A stretch of DNA of 64,000 nt, from positions 31,558,001 to 31,622,000 of the forward strand of contig OZ076411.1 of NCBI GenBank assembly GCA_964187785.1, read 5' to 3'. The notes below the pieces were generated by a model, which worked only from the letters and a program-made list of their open reading frames with translations, had not been told where the DNA came from and made no database searches. Positions 59,001-64,000 of this stretch are shown piece after piece; position 1 is the stretch's first letter; the number at the start of each line of letters is the position of its first letter. The position numbers and the translations under genes were made by a program. This DNA comes from Amphiscolops sp. MND2022 (lineage: Eukaryota).

Positions 59001-62000
59001 AAAAGTCGCATAATAACGAAATGACTCAAATGTCTGACTCTTCATTCTCAAAAAACGCTTTTTCTAACAACCGAAAGTGAAAAAAAATCACAATTGTCGA
59101 TAAAATTCTCATGAGTACCACAGGACCTATAATACCAAAGTGGTCACCTTTGAGGCCCACATACACCAGGGGAACTCACTTACCACTTAGAGAAACTCAC
59201 ATTGACCCCCAAAAACTATTTCTGATTTGTAGAAACTGGGGAGTAAAAGAAACAAGCCGGGAACGGCATAGTCGGCGCCATATCTAAGGCTCACAAATAG
59301 CAAAAGGACATGAAAGTCAAAAAACTCAAAGTTTCAATTTTATAAAAAAGTTTCGAAACACATTCGAAAAACCCAAACGACCGAACTGGCGCGCCAGGTG
59401 CCCGTTAGCGCGGGCCCCTGGCGCTTAGAAGGGGTGGACCCTTTCGGATTTTTAAACGTCCAGTGTTGTAAAACATCAAAAAAGGGGAACCCTTTGAGGG
59501 AAAATTTTCGAAAAAAAGTCACTCAATGCCAAAAAACTGAAAGGAGACCCTTTAGTCTCGCCCGGTGTTGTATGTTACGAGGCAAAAAGGAAAAACCTTT
59601 TTGATTCTGTTCGCTAGACCAAATGGTTCAATTCGACACCATAAAATTTCGTAGAACTTGTTGAACTATTTTGGTCAGTTCGTGTGGATTGAAAAGAGTC
59701 ACTATAATAGTCGCGTTTCACTTCATGAAGCGCCGACTAAAAATTCCCGGCTGAAACGGGAAAAGATTGAGGAAATAAAAAGTACCATCAACCCATCTTC
59801 GTGATGTTTCTGTTTCAGCGAATCTCAATCTTATTTTACGTTTCAGAAATCGACCAGAGCCATCTTGATAGCTGATTTGATTGATAACAACGGAGACTTG
59901 ACAACAGATCTGAAGCCACCTGTCATCCGTTCGAAACTCTTGGATGCAAGTAGACAGTTGGAAGCTGAAATCGGACGTGGAAAACCAAAAATAGTCGTGA
60001 GTTACTTGTGCTTTTTTTTACCCAAAATAAATCATATTTCGGGTGAACGAATTACATCACACTTTTATTTCACAAAATTTTGACTCACTACAAGCTCTAC
60101 AGCATCTAGTTTCTTGTCGGATTGTCAGACGTATTCAAATACTCTTGAATGATTTTTTTGGACGAAGTTATTTTCAAAGATGTTCAGATACTTTGAAATC
60201 ACAATTGAATCCGCCTAATTCGTATTCGTAGGGACCGAATAAAAGTACTAATAATTAGAGATACTTATTTACCGGGTGATGTTACTCTGGTTGTCGCGAA
60301 ATGGGGTCTCAGCTACATACGAATAAATTAAAGATCCGTATTAACCGGAGCTGACTAAATATTTGCATTGCTGTTTCAGAGAGTTGCAAGTAGCAAGAAC
60401 CAGTACAAGAGTCAACAGAACAACCCAAGAGTAGCTGCCGTAGCGCCAAGTAGTCGTCTTTCCTCATATGACAGGATGCCTGCCAATGCCAACCCTCAAA
60501 GGTTCATCCAGGATCAGGTGGACTTCCGGCGGCGGAGAGGTTTTGAAAACGAGCGTTTCAACATGCATAGAAATAGAGTTGTGAACTACGAACGAGAAAG
60601 AGAAATGCATCCACCCTCGGGGGTATCTCAGAGGTTCTTGGATCCTTTTGATGAACGGTGGGTTCTTAAATTTAGAGACCGTTTTCATTCAAATATAACT
60701 GCAGCTTTTAGTTTTTACTGCTTCTTAAATGAGATATGCATCTTTGATTTTACATAACTCAAAAAACCCTCTCAAAAACTTGGTTAGAAACTAATAAAAT
60801 TGCGTTCAAATCAATGACTAAGTTTATTTGGCATGAAACGTGAAGAGAGCATGAAAAGTGATGAGAATAACCTTGGTGCCGAAATTTTTGAAAAATGTTC
60901 AACGTTGGGTGTTGTTCGCATTTGAGCGGAGCAGCTCATGTTTTTGAAAGTGCGGGTCTTATACCAGAGTGTCTTTTCTTCCAAAAAATTTTAAACCAAA
61001 CTTGCTCTCTTGAGACCGTATAACAGTAGTTTAGTAGGGCTCATGAAATCTAGAAGTGTTGCTGCTTTGTTTTTCGATGACACCCTTGTAGTGAACCACA
61101 GTTGTAAATACTAGTTCGATGAAATCCTTGAATTTCGCTATTCAATTGGAATTCACTCAATTTCCATATACTTCGATCAAGTGGACCCTGGTCAATTAGG
61201 GTCAGCAACTTCGTGCGTGCCGCGTGATCTCAATGAAAATTTATCTCTTTTTAATCAAACGTCGTTCAAGATACTCAACTACTCATACGTATGATTGCTA
61301 AGTTTTTTCCTATTACGCTTTTTCAACCCATTCCAATGTTTTAGAACTATCAGTTTACTAATTCTTTGTCTACTAATAACCTCTTTTCAATATAACTGAA
61401 CGATTAATTGAATCGTGAACAATTAAGTGATGTGCGTCTTCAGGATTACGATTGTGAACAACTTCGGAAGTGGATCGGATCCACGTATCGCTGAGCGATC
61501 ATTGGAAGATCAACAGTTTCTACTCCGAGAGCAACAGGAAAGAAACTTTCCTCCTGCTGCTCCACCTCCTGTCAGACTACCGTATGCTAGCAGTAGGGCA
61601 TTGCCTAGTCGTGGTGCTTCTTATGTAGATGTTGATACCCCACAGGGTGAAAGAGACTATACTATGCCCACTGAGAGTTAGTAGACGATGATTTCGACCT
61701 GATTGATTGTTTAACGTTGTTTCTTTAATTCAGTTTTGGTGAAGAAAAATGGGCGATAATTCATTGGCTTATGTTGCAACTTTTTCATGAAGAAATGTAA
61801 CTGCTGCTTTTTTGTGATAGCGAAGAATTCGGGTCGTTTTCTGAGAAATATGATGCTACCTATTTTAGCGGCTTCATATCAGTTGTTTTCAATTGAAATG
61901 CCGAAACGTTCAGAAAAAACACTAAATTCCGAATTTAAAATTAAATAAACAAGCATGTCCACTCATAAAAGTAAAGTTATTTGGTATAAATTAGAATAAG

Positions 62001-63890
62001 AGTATAGATTAACCAGTAGTAGTTATAATTAACCAGCACAAAGCAATAATTTAAAATTATGAACACAACATATTTAGAATTCAATTAAAAACGGTAATCT
62101 TTCCAACATTTCATTCTATGCACGGAATGTTCAGATTTAATGACGTTTTCGGAAAGAAAAATATGTTCATGCTTTGTTGTTGAAATCTAATTTCTGTTAA
62201 TTTGTTGATTCTCAGAACCAATAGAAATAGAAGGCCTGAAAAATATTCTTTGAATGAGGTTTTTTGATGTTTTTAGTTGCCGCATGTAATGAAAATGTGT
62301 CCGACTATTATGGTGACTGGTTTGTTTTTTTCCATACCGCAGAGCTCGCACTGGAAAAGCGACTTTTTATAGACTTTCGTAACGTCCTTCCATTTTTAAA
62401 GCCAATTCTACTGGTATCTTGAGCCAACTGCACAAATTGAATCGTCAGTAATCGAAAAATATCTGGTTTTTTGCTTAGGACTCCTTCCCGGAGAAGTTCC
62501 AGATGTTCCTACCCGGGTGCCCGCTTACCCGACCAGAAATCCACCATTGAACAGCGCCAACTCAATACCCGCATTTGCGGCAGCCAAGAGACGGAGGCTG
62601 AATAATAACGGAGGACCACCCTCTCGATTCGGCACTAGGAGACCTAGTCTGGAAGAGGGAGAGGATGCCGACTATGACTCCATGTTGGATCAGTACAGAC
62701 AGCAGAAAGAAGTAGAGTGGAAGAACAGGAACCAGTCTGGTGACGCACCTGCCGAGAGGGGAGATTCACCCCCTCCGAGCAAAGAAATATTTTTTCAGAA
62801 ATAGTGAGATTTTTTATTTCTTTCAGAGGCAGCAAAAATTACACTATCGTCGTTCGTTTTTCATAAGTTGACGACGTCAGACAAAACATTAAAAATTGTA
62901 TTGGAAGAAATAATATAATTACGTATTCAATATCCTATACAATATTCTTGGAAGATTTGAAAAATGTCGAGATGATGTCATTTGTTATAAATGCTTTTTG
63001 AGCGACAATATTAATGCTTTGAATTTTTACCCATTTGGCATAGCAGTGGAAAAAATGTACTGTTTTCTTCCATATTCTATTCGTTCATTTAAGAGCCGAT
63101 AGGTGTCTCACAGCCAGTTCAGCCCTAAGTTGAGATATGGCTTTTAGAAATCAGATTGAAATGTTTTCAAGAATGACGTCATGGTAAGTCTTGAATATAG
63201 ATCAAATTCGGATCATTACCCAAGTCTCTTTTAGCGTTCGAGAAATGCACCAGGAATGGGAGAAATGGTATGAAGAGAAGAAAGTGAAGGAAGAAGCTGA
63301 AAAAGAAAAAAGTAAAAAGGAGAAACAAACGGCTTCACCTGAAAAGGTAAATTACTTTACTACTCTTTAACGATTTATTGGTCCGATTGGTCATTAGCTG
63401 TTATTTTTCTCCAGAAATCGGCATCGAATTTGAAAGAGTGCAAAAGTATTTTGGCCCAGTGCAGAATCAAAGATGACGGCGATGCTGAAACTGCTATTGA
63501 AATATCGAGAGCATTAGCTGAGGCTCATGTGCAATACAAACTGCGATACATGAAACCAGAGGTAAGTCTCGTTTTGTAAGAGCGATAGAATAGATGTGAC
63601 GTAGTAAATATATTCATTATTTCAAGGAGAAGACTAAAGAAGTCCAAGATACATACAAAGTTGTGTTGGGATATCTGCGAGAGATGCAATCTGGAAAACT
63701 TCCCACTCTGAACCCTGGTAACGTGATACAAACCCAGACGCCTCAGCCCATGTATCCCTACCCTACCAATATGCCCCCTAATATGTACCCCACTCAACCG
63801 GGTCAATACCCTTACCCAATGCCCAACCCACAATACCCCAGTCCATACGGGTCCTACCCACAGCCAACCCAACAACCCCCTGCAGGTTAG
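56096..63890 (+). CDS. Multi-exon host gene with U1/matrin-type zinc fingers and a Pro/Tyr-rich C-terminus
   Basis: Exons 56096-56251, 57132-57200, ~58400-58511, ~58589-58731, ~59848-59997, ~60381-60659, ~61445-61650, ~62479-62780, ~63236-63345, ~63415-63560 and ~63627-63890. FCE|PCDLQLNNSVSYKQHLLGLRHAK and EPIIG|LDALTE..YYCELC..HHVTCTQHR splice in frame. Later exon boundaries are approximate. Confidence 0.8.
56294..56358. repeat. 65-bp near-perfect hairpin in intron 1
   Basis: ttccactttcagaattgtat(t)atgattttca-tccaag-tgaaaatcat-acaattctgaaagtggaa. Confidence 0.8.
59255..59752. mobile_element. MITE-like element (~500 bp) in an intron
   Basis: Imperfect terminal inverted repeats agccgggaa..tagtcggcgc / gcgccgacta..ttcccggct. 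No coding capacity. Confidence 0.65.
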
Positions 63891-64000
63891 CGATGCCAGA
63901 ATAATTCATGAATGATCGGTGGGGGTTTGTATTCTGGCATCTTGCGTTGAATTCATTTAGAAGTTTGTGGTTTTTGGGTTTTCGGTATAAAAGCTTTTTC

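Noticed and set aside
1-64000. tRNA, rRNA or snRNA genes
   Set aside because: No recognisable cloverleaf or conserved rRNA/snRNA sequence was seen by eye. A tRNAscan-SE or Infernal run would be needed to exclude them.

Overview
AT-rich eukaryotic (invertebrate-like) DNA. Bases ~7-54.5 kb are a cluster of decayed Ty3/Gypsy LTR retrotransposons, and ~54.9-64 kb holds ordinary host genes (SDHAF2 and a multi-exon zinc-finger gene). Left to right: (1) a spliced minus-strand pseudogene joining C2H2 fingers to a KDM2/KDM7-type JmjC domain (1.5-4.0 kb); (2) Gypsy element 1 (minus, ~7.3-20.0 kb); (3) truncated Gypsy element 3 of another family (21.2-24.9 kb); (4) an intronless 655-codon orphan ORF with a triplicated module; (5) Gypsy element 2 (minus, ~28.0-46.2 kb, 1.5-kb LTRs), a head-to-tail dimer with three local tandem duplications; (6) a 200-N gap; (7) an antisense JmjC-like ORF and a small Cys-rich membrane ORF set back-to-back with an F-type (class I fusion) env gene. 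Two things stand out. Elements 1 and 2 both carry, between integrase and a 3' ORF that runs into the LTR, a homologous antisense, intron-containing gene with a hAT-type zinc finger and a shared phase-1 intron. The env-bearing segment has a JmjC dioxygenase-like ORF with an intact HxE...H triad in the analogous antisense position. All homology calls are by eye from motifs; no database search was run. The gap prevents linking env/JmjC to any gag-pol.
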